A stretch of DNA of 64,000 nt from an uncultured Gemmatimonadota bacterium. Its GTDB lineage: Bacteria; JAAXHH01. The stretch spans positions 2,112,001 to 2,176,000 of the forward strand of contig OX638340.1 of assembly GCA_951812955.1 (NCBI GenBank). The letters are read 5' to 3'. Of this stretch, positions 55,823 to 64,000 are shown in pieces (the first letter of the stretch is position 1; each line of letters opens with the position of its first letter). A program made the translations under genes and the position numbers. The notes under the pieces were generated by a model. That model ran no database searches. It was not told the DNA's origin and saw only the letters and a list, made by a program, of their open reading frames with translations.

Positions 55823-57031
55823 CTAACTGCTCACCATCACCTTCTTCAAGGCCGCGATAAACGCCTCGTTCTCCTCCGGAAGCCCGGCGGTGACGCGGAT
55901 CCAGCCATCGATGTTCCAGCGTGCCTTCGCGTTGCCCACCCGGACGTTGTGATCTTCCCGGAGGCGACGCACGAGTTCGTCCACGTCCGTCTTCATGTTC
56001 ATCATCACGAAACTCGACTCGCTGGGCGCGTATTCGATGCCCATTTCGTCCAGTTGCGCGTAGAAATACTTTTTCCCATCGATGGCCAGTTCGCGCGAAC
56101 GCGTCATGTGGGTCTCGTCGTCGAGGGCCGCCGATGCGGCGTGCGTTGAGAGCAGGGTGAGCGTATTGCCCCGGTGGCTGTTCATCCGATCGATCATCGC
56201 GGGGTTGGCGACCGCATAGCCCACCCGCATGCCGGCCATGCCGAACACCTTGGAGAAAGTGCGGGTCACGATCACGTTCGGGTGGTCCGCGATCAGCGAC
56301 GCCGCGCCTTCCCGGTCCTCCGCGTTCTCCGCGAATTCGATATAGGCCTCGTCGACGAGTACCAGAACCCGCTCGGGGATGGACGCGACGAAGGGCTTCA
56401 ACTGGGACAAAGGGGTCAATTGGCCCGTGGGATTACCCGGGGTGGTTACGACCACTACGGCGGTCCGGTCCGTTACGGCGTTGCTGAGACCGTCGAGATC
56501 GGGCTTCATGCCCTCCAGGAGCGGTACCCGAACCGATTCGGCGTTCTGCATGTTGGCGAGTCTTGTCAGAAAACCAAAACCCGGCAGGCTTTCAACGACT
56601 TCCTGTCCCTCGCGAATGAAGGCGTGGCCGATGGCAAAAAGCAGGTCGGACGACCCGGCGCCCACGGCGATCCACGAATCTTTCACCGGCGCGAAGGGAC
56701 TGTCCGTCCACTCCACGACGGGAACGCCGTGCCTGCGGGCGAGTTTTCCCAGGAGGTCCGGATTCTGGCCATACCGGTTGATGCTGGTAACCAGTGACAG
56801 CACCGCCTCCACGGCCCTGGGGGACGGCCCCAACGCGTTCTCGTTGGCGTCGATGCGCACCAGTCCCGGGGGTACGCCCCAGCCACGGACAGAAGGTCCG
56901 CCCACCATCTGCGCTACGGCTTCAAAGCTGCCCACCGACAGTGCACCGGCGCCAACCAGGGCTCCCCTTAAAAACCCGCGTCTCGACAGGCCGGACCCTC
57001 CCGTTGAAAGATCGTTACTGGTATCTTTCAT
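55823..57031 (-). CDS. Tat-exported class I/II aminotransferase of the histidinol-phosphate aminotransferase (HisC) family.
   Basis: Twin-arginine leader MKDTSNDLSTGGSGLSRRGFLRGALVGAGALSVGSFEAVAQ. HisC-like core with the PLP-lysine region RTFSKVFGMAGMRVGY. The start is trimmed to the ATG at 57031, 7 nt after AAGGAG; the track ORF starts at 57115. Confidence 0.8.
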   Translation of the reverse strand: MKDTSNDLSTGGSGLSRRGFLRGALVGAGALSVGSFEAVAQMVGGPSVRGWGVPPGLVRIDANENALGPSPRAVEAVLSLVTSINRYGQNPDLLGKLARRHGVPVVEWTDSPFAPVKDSWIAVGAGSSDLLFAIGHAFIREGQEVVESLPGFGFLTRLANMQNAESVRVPLLEGMKPDLDGLSNAVTDRTAVVVVTTPGNPTGQLTPLSQLKPFVASIPERVLVLVDEAYIEFAENAEDREGAASLIADHPNVIVTRTFSKVFGMAGMRVGYAVANPAMIDRMNSHRGNTLTLLSTHAASAALDDETHMTRSRELAIDGKKYFYAQLDEMGIEYAPSESSFVMMNMKTDVDELVRRLREDHNVRVGNAKARWNIDGWIRVTAGLPEENEAFIAALKKVMVSS

Positions 57032-57263
57032 TTTCATGCTCCTTGATTGCGTTATCGGAATGTTCGATAGGTAGATTATGGATCTGCAACCCATTATGAT
57101 ACAGGCCCGTTGCACGGACAGGCAAGGCCTAATGCGTTGACCTTGACGCTCTTGGGGACCACCCGTAGTTTACAGTGAAGGTGAGCGCAAAGGCCGCGGT
57201 GGTCAAGCGCCGCCGGGACATCCGCGCCGCAAACGCGGATACGACCTGCCCGGTGACGACGAG

Positions 57264-60200
57264 GTGTCGCGGTTTCTGGCATGCATGAGCGACCGTGGGC
57301 GCAGCGACGCGAGGCAACCGTGGCGCAGCGACGCGAGGCAACCGTGGCGCAGCGACGCGAGGCAACCGTGGCGCAGCGACGCGAGGCAACCCACGAAGTA
57401 TTATCTCCTGAAGGAGACCGCAATCTTCAGCAAGTCCCCTCTTGAAACAACAGAAACCCACCACCTGCTGGACCGGCTCCTGGCCGAACGCATACTCATC
57501 ATCGACGGGGCCATGGGCTCGGTCCTGCAGGGCCATGCCCTTGAAGAATCCGATTTCCGCGGCGATTCGTTCAAAGACCACCCTGTACCGCTGCGCGGCG
57601 ACCTCGACCTGCTGTCGATCACACAACCGGATCTCATCGAACAGGTTCACCGGCAGTACCTGGACGCCGGCGCGGACATCATCGAGACGAACACCTTCAA
57701 TGCCACGGCCATCTCGCAGGCCGACTATGGCCTGCAGGACCGGGTATACGACATCAACCTGGCGGCGGCAAAGATCGCGAAACGGGCCGCCGCGTCCGCC
57801 ATGGCCGCCGATCCGGAACGCCCCCGCTTCGTAGCCGGCGCCCTGGGACCCACCACCCGGTCGGCCTCCGTAGCCTCCGACGTCAGCGACCCGGCCTTCC
57901 GGTCCATCACCTTCGACGGCCTCGCTGACGCTTACGGCGAACAGGCCCGCGGACTCCTCGACGGCGGGGTGGACCTGCTCCTGGTCGAGACCCAGATCGA
58001 CACGCTCAACCTGAAAGCCGCGCTGTTCGCCATCAACACCCTCTTCGACGAAGGCATGCGCCGCGTACCGCTCATGGCTTCGTTCTGCATCGTCGACGCC
58101 AGCGGCCGCACGCTCTCTGGCCAGACCGTGGAGGCGTGCTGGACGTCCATTCGTCACGGCGAACTCTACAGCGTGGGGATCAACTGCGCCCTGGGCGCCA
58201 CGGAGCTGCGTCCCTATATCGAGGAACTGTCGGCCATCGCGGACCTTCCCGTCACCTGCTATCCGAACGCGGGCCTGCCCAACGAGATGGGCGGCTACGA
58301 CGACACACCCGAGTACATGGCCGAGATTCTGGGTGAATTCGCCGAAGAGGGCTGGCTCAACATGGTCGGCGGATGTTGCGGCACCACCCCTGATCACATC
58401 GCCGCGATCTCGGAAGCCGTCAGGCAGCGAGGGAAACTGCGCGTTGCCCACCCAGGCGAACCCCTGTCACGGTACAGCGGACTGGAGACCTTCACCGTGC
58501 GGCCCGACGGAAATTTCACCATGATCGGTGAGCGGACGAACGTGACGGGTTCGCGCAAGTTCGCCCGGCTCATACGGCAGGAGAAGTACGAAGAAGCACT
58601 CGGCGTGGCCCGTCAGCAGATCGAGGGCGGGGCGAACATCATCGACGTGAACATGGACGAGGGCCTCCTCGACAGCGAACAGGCGATGACCACGTTCCTG
58701 AACATGGTCGCATCGGAACCAGACATCGCCACTACGCCCGTCATGATCGACAGTTCGAGCTGGCCGGTCATCGAGGCGGGGCTCAAATGCGTGCAGGGCA
58801 AAGGGATCGCCAATTCCATCAGCCTGAAGGAAGGCGAAGAGGTGTTCAAGAGCCAGGCACGGCTGGCGAGGCGGTACGGTGCCGCCGTGGTGGTGATGGC
58901 CTTCGACGAGGAGGGTCAGGCCACGGACCCGGACCACAAGTTGGAGATCCTGAGCCGATCCTACCGGATCCTCACCGAAGAGATCGGCATGGATCCGACG
59001 GATATCATCTTCGATCCGAACATCCTCACCGTGGCCACCGGCATCGAGGAACACGACGCGTACGCCGTCAACTTCATCGAGGCCGTCCGGCGGCTCAAAG
59101 CGCTACACCCTCTGGCCAAGGTCAGCGGCGGCGTGAGCAACATCTCCTTCTCCTTCCGCGGCAACGACCACATCCGGGAGGTGATGCACGCCGCCTTCCT
59201 GTATCACGCCATCCAGGCGGGCCTGGACATGGGCATCGTCAACGCGGGGCAACTGGCGATCTACGAAGACATCGATCCGGAATCGCTCGTCATGGTCGAG
59301 GACGTCCTCCTCAACCGGCGGCCCGACGCCACCGAGCGGTTGCTGGAGTTTGCCGAATCGAGAAAAGGAACCGCCACCGAACGAGCGCGGAAGGACGAAA
59401 ACTGGCGCGCGGGCAGCCTGGAGGAACGCGTTTCCCACGCCCTGGTCAACGGTATTGCCGACCACGTCGAGGAGGACATGGAGGAGGCGCTGCAACGGTA
59501 CGACCGGCCGCTCCACATCATCGAGGGGCCCCTCATGGCCGGCATGTCCATCGTGGGAGACCTCTTCGGTGAGGGTAAGATGTTCCTGCCGCAGGTCGTG
59601 AAGAGCGCGCGGGTTATGAAAAAAGCCGTTGCCCTCCTGATACCGCACATGGAGGCAGAACACGGGGACGGCGGTGAGCGGCAGTACCAGGGTACCATCC
59701 TCCTGGCCACGGTGAAGGGGGACGTGCACGACATCGGGAAGAACATCGTGGGCGTGGTGCTGGGGTGCAACAACTACCGCATCATCGACCTGGGCGTCAT
59801 GGTCCCGGCGGAGAAGATCATCGGTACGGCCGTGGAAGAAGGCGTCGACCTCATCGGCTTGAGCGGGCTGATCACCCCGTCCCTTCACGAGATGATCCAC
59901 GTGGCCCGCGAGGTCGAGCGCAACGGCTTCGAAATGCCACTGCTCATCGGCGGCGCCACGACGAGCCGGCGGCACACGGCGATCAAGATCGAGCCCGCGT
60001 ATCACGGACCTACCGTGCATGTGACGGACGCGTCGAGAGCCGTGGAAGTGGTGGGCAACCTGATCAGCGACGATTTGAGACCCGATTACGCGCGGCGCGT
60101 TCGAGACGATTACCGGCGTGTACGCGACACCTACGAAAACAGGACGCCGCGCTCGCCCCTGGTGCCGTTCGCCGAAGCGAGCGCGCGGCAGCCCGTCCTC

Positions 60201-61151
60201 GAATGGTCGGAAGATACTATCGCCGTTCCCAAATTCACCGGCGTGCGGGTCGACGACGATTTCCCGCTGCAAGAGCTCGTTCCCTATATAGACTGGACAC
60301 CCCTCTTCGGCGCATGGGAGTTGCGGGGACGTTATCCGGCCATCCTGGAGGACGATACGGTCGGCGAAGAGGCGCGGAAGTTGTTTGATGACGCGCAAGA
60401 ACTGCTGGAGGGGATCGTGGACGGCCGTCTGCTAAGGGCCCGGGCCGTATGGGGATTCTTCCCCGCCCACGCCTACGGCAACGACATCATCGTTCACGGC
60501 GACTCAGGCCGCGACGAGGTGCTCACCACATTTCACATGCTGCGCCAGCAGCGTCCCCGGTCGGCTGATGGACCGTGCATCGCCCTTTCCGATTTCGTGG
60601 GCCCCGAAGGCACGGAAGACTACATCGGCGCCTTCGCGGTTACGGCCGGAATCGGTCTCGACGAAGTAGTCAGACGGTACGAGGCCGATCACGACGACTA
60701 CCGTGCCATCATGGTGAAAGCGCTCGCCGACCGGCTGGCCGAAGCTTTTGCCGAGCAAACCCATCAAAGGGCGCGTCGCGCCTGGGGATATGGACGGGAC
60801 GAGAAGCTGGACGGCGAAGACCTGATCCGGGAGAAGTATCGGGGCATCCGGCCCGCGCCCGGTTACCCGGCCTGTCCCGATCACACCGAAAAGCGGCGGC
60901 TCTTCGACCTGCTACGGGCCGAAGAACGGATAGGGATCGAACTCACGGAAAGCTACGCCATGGACCCGCCGCCGTCCGTCGCCGGTCTATACTTCGGACA
61001 TCCCGATGCGCGGTATTTCAACGTGGGTAAAATCGGACGGGACCAGGTGGAAGACTACGCCCTCCGCAAACGGATGACCGTCGAATCCGTCGAACGATGG
61101 CTGGCGCCCAACCTGGACTATGAGCCTGTGGATAGTCCTGCGAGATACTAA
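57264..61151 (+). CDS. metH: Cobalamin-dependent methionine synthase (all four modules: Hcy-binding, pterin-binding, B12-binding, AdoMet-binding). The 5' boundary is uncertain.
   Basis: [12 protein letters not shown] ... pterin-binding barrel ... B12-binding DxHxxG-type region ([11 protein letters not shown]) ... C-terminal reactivation domain. The annotated start is GTG 57264 (ATG 57285 in frame), which would prepend ~50 residues including RSDARQPW x4 from a DNA minisatellite. An in-frame AAGGAG at 57411 suggests the real start may be downstream. Confidence 0.93.
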   Translation: MSRFLACMSDRGRSDARQPWRSDARQPWRSDARQPWRSDARQPTKYYLLKETAIFSKSPLETTETHHLLDRLLAERILIIDGAMGSVLQGHALEESDFRGDSFKDHPVPLRGDLDLLSITQPDLIEQVHRQYLDAGADIIETNTFNATAISQADYGLQDRVYDINLAAAKIAKRAAASAMAADPERPRFVAGALGPTTRSASVASDVSDPAFRSITFDGLADAYGEQARGLLDGGVDLLLVETQIDTLNLKAALFAINTLFDEGMRRVPLMASFCIVDASGRTLSGQTVEACWTSIRHGELYSVGINCALGATELRPYIEELSAIADLPVTCYPNAGLPNEMGGYDDTPEYMAEILGEFAEEGWLNMVGGCCGTTPDHIAAISEAVRQRGKLRVAHPGEPLSRYSGLETFTVRPDGNFTMIGERTNVTGSRKFARLIRQEKYEEALGVARQQIEGGANIIDVNMDEGLLDSEQAMTTFLNMVASEPDIATTPVMIDSSSWPVIEAGLKCVQGKGIANSISLKEGEEVFKSQARLARRYGAAVVVMAFDEEGQATDPDHKLEILSRSYRILTEEIGMDPTDIIFDPNILTVATGIEEHDAYAVNFIEAVRRLKALHPLAKVSGGVSNISFSFRGNDHIREVMHAAFLYHAIQAGLDMGIVNAGQLAIYEDIDPESLVMVEDVLLNRRPDATERLLEFAESRKGTATERARKDENWRAGSLEERVSHALVNGIADHVEEDMEEALQRYDRPLHIIEGPLMAGMSIVGDLFGEGKMFLPQVVKSARVMKKAVALLIPHMEAEHGDGGERQYQGTILLATVKGDVHDIGKNIVGVVLGCNNYRIIDLGVMVPAEKIIGTAVEEGVDLIGLSGLITPSLHEMIHVAREVERNGFEMPLLIGGATTSRRHTAIKIEPAYHGPTVHVTDASRAVEVVGNLISDDLRPDYARRVRDDYRRVRDTYENRTPRSPLVPFAEASARQPVLEWSEDTIAVPKFTGVRVDDDFPLQELVPYIDWTPLFGAWELRGRYPAILEDDTVGEEARKLFDDAQELLEGIVDGRLLRARAVWGFFPAHAYGNDIIVHGDSGRDEVLTTFHMLRQQRPRSADGPCIALSDFVGPEGTEDYIGAFAVTAGIGLDEVVRRYEADHDDYRAIMVKALADRLAEAFAEQTHQRARRAWGYGRDEKLDGEDLIREKYRGIRPAPGYPACPDHTEKRRLFDLLRAEERIGIELTESYAMDPPPSVAGLYFGHPDARYFNVGKIGRDQVEDYALRKRMTVESVERWLAPNLDYEPVDSPARY
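57295..57391. repeat. 24-bp minisatellite (gtggcgcagcgacgcgaggcaacc) x4, lying within the annotated 5' end or leader of metH.
   Basis: Copies at ~57295, 57320, 57344 and 57368. The first has one extra g and the others are identical. Confidence 0.9.
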
Positions 61152-61186
61152 GGAGCATAAACACGAGGCAAACCGTCTGCCGTTTA

Positions 61187-61462
61187 CTATCCCACCGTAA
61201 ACAGCAACTTTTTACCAATCGCCTTGGCGTATTTCCCAAGAGTAGACAAGCGGATGTCTTCCGCATGGTTCTCGATTCTGGAAATGGCAGACTTCCTGGT
61301 CTTCAACCTGCGCGCCACTTCTTCCTGGGTAAGACCGGCATCCTCTCTCGCCTGCCGAAGTAGTACACCGATCTTGAACTCCTGGTATCCCTCATCGTAT
61401 TTCTCGGCAAATTCTGCATCCTTGACCCTGCGATATGCCACGTACTCACTCAAGTCGCTCAT
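61187..61462 (-). CDS. XRE-family helix-turn-helix protein with antitoxin-like architecture (RelE/ParE/HigB-partner type); no cognate toxin gene is adjacent.
   Basis: 91 aa. N-terminal acidic segment DAEFAEKYDEGYQEFKIGVLLRQARE followed by HTH GLTQEEVARRLKTRKSAISRIENHAEDIRLSTLGKYAKAIGKKLLFTV. Confidence 0.75.
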   Translation of the reverse strand: MSDLSEYVAYRRVKDAEFAEKYDEGYQEFKIGVLLRQAREDAGLTQEEVARRLKTRKSAISRIENHAEDIRLSTLGKYAKAIGKKLLFTVG

Positions 61463-61505
61463 CGGCTATTCCTCATGAAATAATCCTGTCTTCTCTTCTC
61501 GGCAA

Positions 61506-61517
61506 GTCGGATGTCCG
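61506..61517. promoter_or_regulatory. Perfect inverted repeat TCGGA-tg-TCCGA in the 145-bp region upstream of the XRE gene; candidate autoregulatory operator.
   Basis: Read directly: tcggatgtccga. Confidence 0.3.
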
Positions 61518-61609
61518 ATCTCGGTGTTTTCCGGGTCTTCTTTGCGAAAGCATGATCTGTGTGAACCATGCACAACAAATTTATAGCCCTGAATTAATCG
61601 CCTGCCCGA

Positions 61610-62263
61610 CTACCTGCTTAACACCGCCGTGCCCCAGGTGCTGGGATCGACGTGGACCCGCAGGTCGCGCCCGGCGCTCCACCACTGGGCTGGATATTCC
61701 GAATTATTGAGGAAATAGGTGAAGCCCAGTCGGGGGAACTCTTCAGGGTCGTATCCGCTGAGCGTTTCGGTCGGAAGGCAAACCTCGAGGGTGTATCCGC
61801 GGTCGGTGATCAGGGACGCGATGGGAAGCGCTTCCGGTTCCGGCATGTTCCATTTTTCACGGGCGCGGTCGACCTGTGTGGGCTTGACCACGGGCCGGTC
61901 TCCGTTGTCGCCGCCCCCGGTGGGAAGGCAGTTGAACTGGTGGCAGTACCGCCCGGCCCGCCTTGCGGTCTTCACATCCCGCGTATCCAGCCAGATCTGG
62001 AAGCTGTCCCCGGTCCAGTGCCGGCCGTAGTAGGAACGGACCGGCTTTCGCTTACGCACGTCTACGGCGAAGTACAGACCCTCCTCGTTCCAGGCCATAA
62101 ATACGTCCGCGGCCGTCGGCCGGTTCTCCAGGAAACCCAGGTCGGGCACCAGGTATCCGTTATCCCAGTCATCCAGGACGCCGTTGATCCGGGGCGCCTG
62201 CTCGCGGTACCGACACTGGAAGGCGTAGGCGAAATAGACTCGGTTGGGTATATCCAGCGGCAT
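61610..62263 (-). CDS. Hypothetical protein with a CBM9-like / DOMON-like carbohydrate-binding domain signature.
   Basis: INGVLDDWDNGYLVPDLGFLE...AADVFMAWNEEGLYFAVDV resembles the DG.LDD..W....F....LYFAV pattern of family-9 carbohydrate-binding modules. Weak. Confidence 0.4.
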   Translation of the reverse strand: MPLDIPNRVYFAYAFQCRYREQAPRINGVLDDWDNGYLVPDLGFLENRPTAADVFMAWNEEGLYFAVDVRKRKPVRSYYGRHWTGDSFQIWLDTRDVKTARRAGRYCHQFNCLPTGGGDNGDRPVVKPTQVDRAREKWNMPEPEALPIASLITDRGYTLEVCLPTETLSGYDPEEFPRLGFTYFLNNSEYPAQWWSAGRDLRVHVDPSTWGTAVLSR

Positions 62264-62304
62264 GGGCGGTCGTCACATGTTCGCGTGTTCGGTTGACGGG
62301 CAGA

Positions 62305-62378
62305 CCATTATCCGCGGTCGCAGTCCGCGCCTTGGATACGGGTAGACAACTATCCGCGGTTGTAGGCCGCGCCTTCGA
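62305..62378. repeat. Two ~30-bp imperfect direct repeats (cc.a.tatccgcggt.g.ag.ccgcgcctt) 12 bp apart. One covers the ogt stop codon and last codons; the other lies just downstream.
   Basis: 62305..62336 ccattatccgcggtcgcagtccgcgccttgga and 62347..62378 caactatccgcggttgtaggccgcgccttcga. The ogt stop is at 62350..62352. Confidence 0.7.
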
Positions 62379-62871
62379 GATCGAGCAGAAACGCCTTGAT
62401 GTGCGGCCGGCCGCCATAGCCTCCCAGGCGTCCGTCGCTGGCGATCACGCGGTGGCAAGGAACCAGGATGCCGATGTCGTTGTGGCTGTTAGCCTGGCCC
62501 ACCGCCCTAGCGGCCCGGGGCCTGCGTACCTGCTCGGCCACCCACTTGTAGGAACGCGACTGCCCGTATGGAATGGCCTGTTGCGCTCGCCAGACCTGCC
62601 GGGTGAACGGCGTGCCCCGCAGGAAATCGAGCGGAACGTCGAAATGCTTCAGTCCCCCCGCGAAATACCGGGTAATCTGGTCTTCGACCGATGATAGCAG
62701 TTCGTCATCCGGGACGAAATCCAGATTCGCCTCGAAACGATTCAGCATGTCGGTCTCGAAGACCTCGGCCGTGACGCCATGGGTGACACGGCACACGCCC
62801 GTCTCGCTGGCCGCCGCGTACATGGGACCGAGCGGCGTGGGAAACACCGTGTATTTCAATACGAGTTTCAA
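62350..62871 (-). CDS. ogt: Methylated-DNA-[protein]-cysteine S-methyltransferase (O6-alkylguanine-DNA alkyltransferase)
   Basis: Active-site PCHRVI motif and the IPYGQ..SY...A......RAVG.A...N helix-turn-helix region. Length 173 aa. Confidence 0.85.
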   Translation of the reverse strand: MKLVLKYTVFPTPLGPMYAAASETGVCRVTHGVTAEVFETDMLNRFEANLDFVPDDELLSSVEDQITRYFAGGLKHFDVPLDFLRGTPFTRQVWRAQQAIPYGQSRSYKWVAEQVRRPRAARAVGQANSHNDIGILVPCHRVIASDGRLGGYGGRPHIKAFLLDLEGAAYNRG

Positions 62872-62881
62872 CGGGTCTGGG

Positions 62882-63931
62882 CTATCCTACGATATCGCGG
62901 TCCCGCAGGCCACGGGCCAGCGCCTGCGCGATGAATGCGCTGCCTTCGATGGTGGGATGCCAGGTATCGGCGAAATACCGTTCGCGTTCACCGTTCATTC
63001 CGGCGAAGGCGGCGTTGAGATCGATGAGATCCGTGTCCTCTTCCATGGCCAGCCGGCGGATCGAGGCATCGTAGATATCGTAGAGTTGCCTGAGGCGGCC
63101 AAGGTCGTCCGGTGCCACGAAAGACGGATACCGCATCTTTTCAACACTTTGCAGGGACATCTCTTCGCCGTCGCGGGAGATGAGCGTAGGCAGGGTCGTC
63201 AGGACGACGCGGACGCGGTCGTTCTTCGCCGTCTGGATGAGGCGGCGCATGTTGTACTCGTAATTCTCGGGCAGGAAGTCCTCGAGGTCGAAAGAGCCGA
63301 TGGGCGGCGGGGTTCTCAGTTCCAGGATCTCCTTGGCCTGGTCCAGCAGCCTCAGGCCGGTATCGCCGCCGTTGCCGTAATGCCAGTAAGACTGGGTTTT
63401 CCTGCGCATATCGGGATAGTGCTTCGGATTCCCCAGCCACATGTCGTTCCAGCCGATGTAGACAATCAGGATGTCCGGTTCGAAAGCCAGAAGCCGGGGA
63501 AGGCGCAACTGGGCGTTGATGGACGCGTGGTCGTCGACGCCCGCGTTGATCACCTGGTGATCGCGCTCAAGCTCCATGCCCTCCAACTGCCGTTCGAGCT
63601 GATAGGGATAGGGGGAATCGTCCCCCGGCGCGCCGAAGGTACAGGAATCGCCGAGACACATGATGCGGACGACGTCGGGGTCATTCCGCCGTGGAAAGTC
63701 CTTTCCCCGGAACCCGTAGTCGTTGATCCGGATACCCGCCACGCTGTATCCCGGCATCAGTTCCCAGCCGCTCCGGTTGTGAAACACGATGTAGGGATGG
63801 GCGCCGTCGTATTCCTCGTGGAACCAACGGTCCCGGTTGTACGCGTGATCCTGGCGGCGGAGGTACAATTCCGCACCGACGAGAGCGCCCATGGCGGCAC
63901 CGGCCATGGCGGCAAATGCATAACGCTTCAT
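62882..63931 (-). CDS. SGNH/GDSL-family hydrolase (lipase/acylesterase-like); secreted or membrane-anchored.
   Basis: N-terminal hydrophobic leader. Block I CLGDSCTFG (GDS-x motif with the Ser nucleophile), block III GWND and block V DTWHP (D-x-x-H). Confidence 0.75.
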   Translation of the reverse strand: MKRYAFAAMAGAAMGALVGAELYLRRQDHAYNRDRWFHEEYDGAHPYIVFHNRSGWELMPGYSVAGIRINDYGFRGKDFPRRNDPDVVRIMCLGDSCTFGAPGDDSPYPYQLERQLEGMELERDHQVINAGVDDHASINAQLRLPRLLAFEPDILIVYIGWNDMWLGNPKHYPDMRRKTQSYWHYGNGGDTGLRLLDQAKEILELRTPPPIGSFDLEDFLPENYEYNMRRLIQTAKNDRVRVVLTTLPTLISRDGEEMSLQSVEKMRYPSFVAPDDLGRLRQLYDIYDASIRRLAMEEDTDLIDLNAAFAGMNGERERYFADTWHPTIEGSAFIAQALARGLRDRDIVG

Positions 63932-64000
63932 TCCGTTTCTCCAACTGTCATACTACAGATTCCAACGCTTCCGTCCGGACCGTTTTCGAGCATCAGTCAG

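Noticed and set aside
57129-58451. 440-aa minus-strand ORF, and the 57094..57423 ORF with ASRRCATV x4
   Set aside because: Antisense and alternate-frame readings of the metH 5' region and its minisatellite; the repeat peptides merely reflect the DNA repeat.
61463-61609. 27-codon minus-strand ORF (MLSQRRPGKHRDRTSDLPRREDRIIS) upstream of the XRE gene, considered as a cryptic toxin
   Set aside because: It is too short, highly basic and low-complexity, has no RBS, and bears no resemblance to RelE/ParE/HigB.
1-64000. tRNA/rRNA genes and mobile elements
   Set aside because: I inspected all intergenic gaps of 60 bp or more by eye for cloverleaf hallmarks (GGTTCGAATCC-like T-arms, CCA ends) and found none. 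No transposase, integrase, recombinase or phage structural ORFs are present. hicAB is the only mobile-type module.

Overview
This is a high-GC (~65%) bacterial chromosomal window, densely coding, with about 45 genes and no rRNA, tRNA, CRISPR array or transposase/integrase that I can recognise. Housekeeping genes present are glyA, dnaE, serA, pdxJ, murA, metH, msrB and ogt. Sugar and sugar-acid metabolism is represented by a partial GH116-like gene at the left edge, two enolase-superfamily dehydratases, a PQQ-dependent dehydrogenase, an SMP-30/gluconolactonase-like protein and a sodium:solute symporter. There are two Tat-exported PLP-dependent aminotransferases, a pair of M16 peptidases, and a hicAB toxin-antitoxin module. 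An orphan antitoxin-like XRE regulator is also present. Three tandem paralogous ~800-aa FtsX-like ABC permeases are preceded by an AT-rich islet encoding a 37-aa hydrophobic peptide. The most unusual block is a minus-strand cluster at ~11.9-19.5 kb. It encodes a pentaheme c-type cytochrome, a monoheme cytochrome c fused to a beta-rich putative outer-membrane domain, a cyclophilin-like DUF3830 protein, two tandem paralogous outer-membrane beta-barrel proteins and a large Big_2-repeat surface lipoprotein. This looks like a candidate, apparently undescribed, porin-cytochrome-type extracellular electron-transfer module. The window is also rich in short tandem duplications. Three of them sit exactly on gene 3' ends and include the stop codon. 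A 24-bp x4 minisatellite lies inside the annotated 5' end of metH, so the metH start is uncertain. Coordinates of CDS starts were refined where an in-frame ATG with a Shine-Dalgarno-like motif was visible. Functional calls rest on motif-level recognition of the translated ORFs and should be confirmed by database searches, which I could not run.
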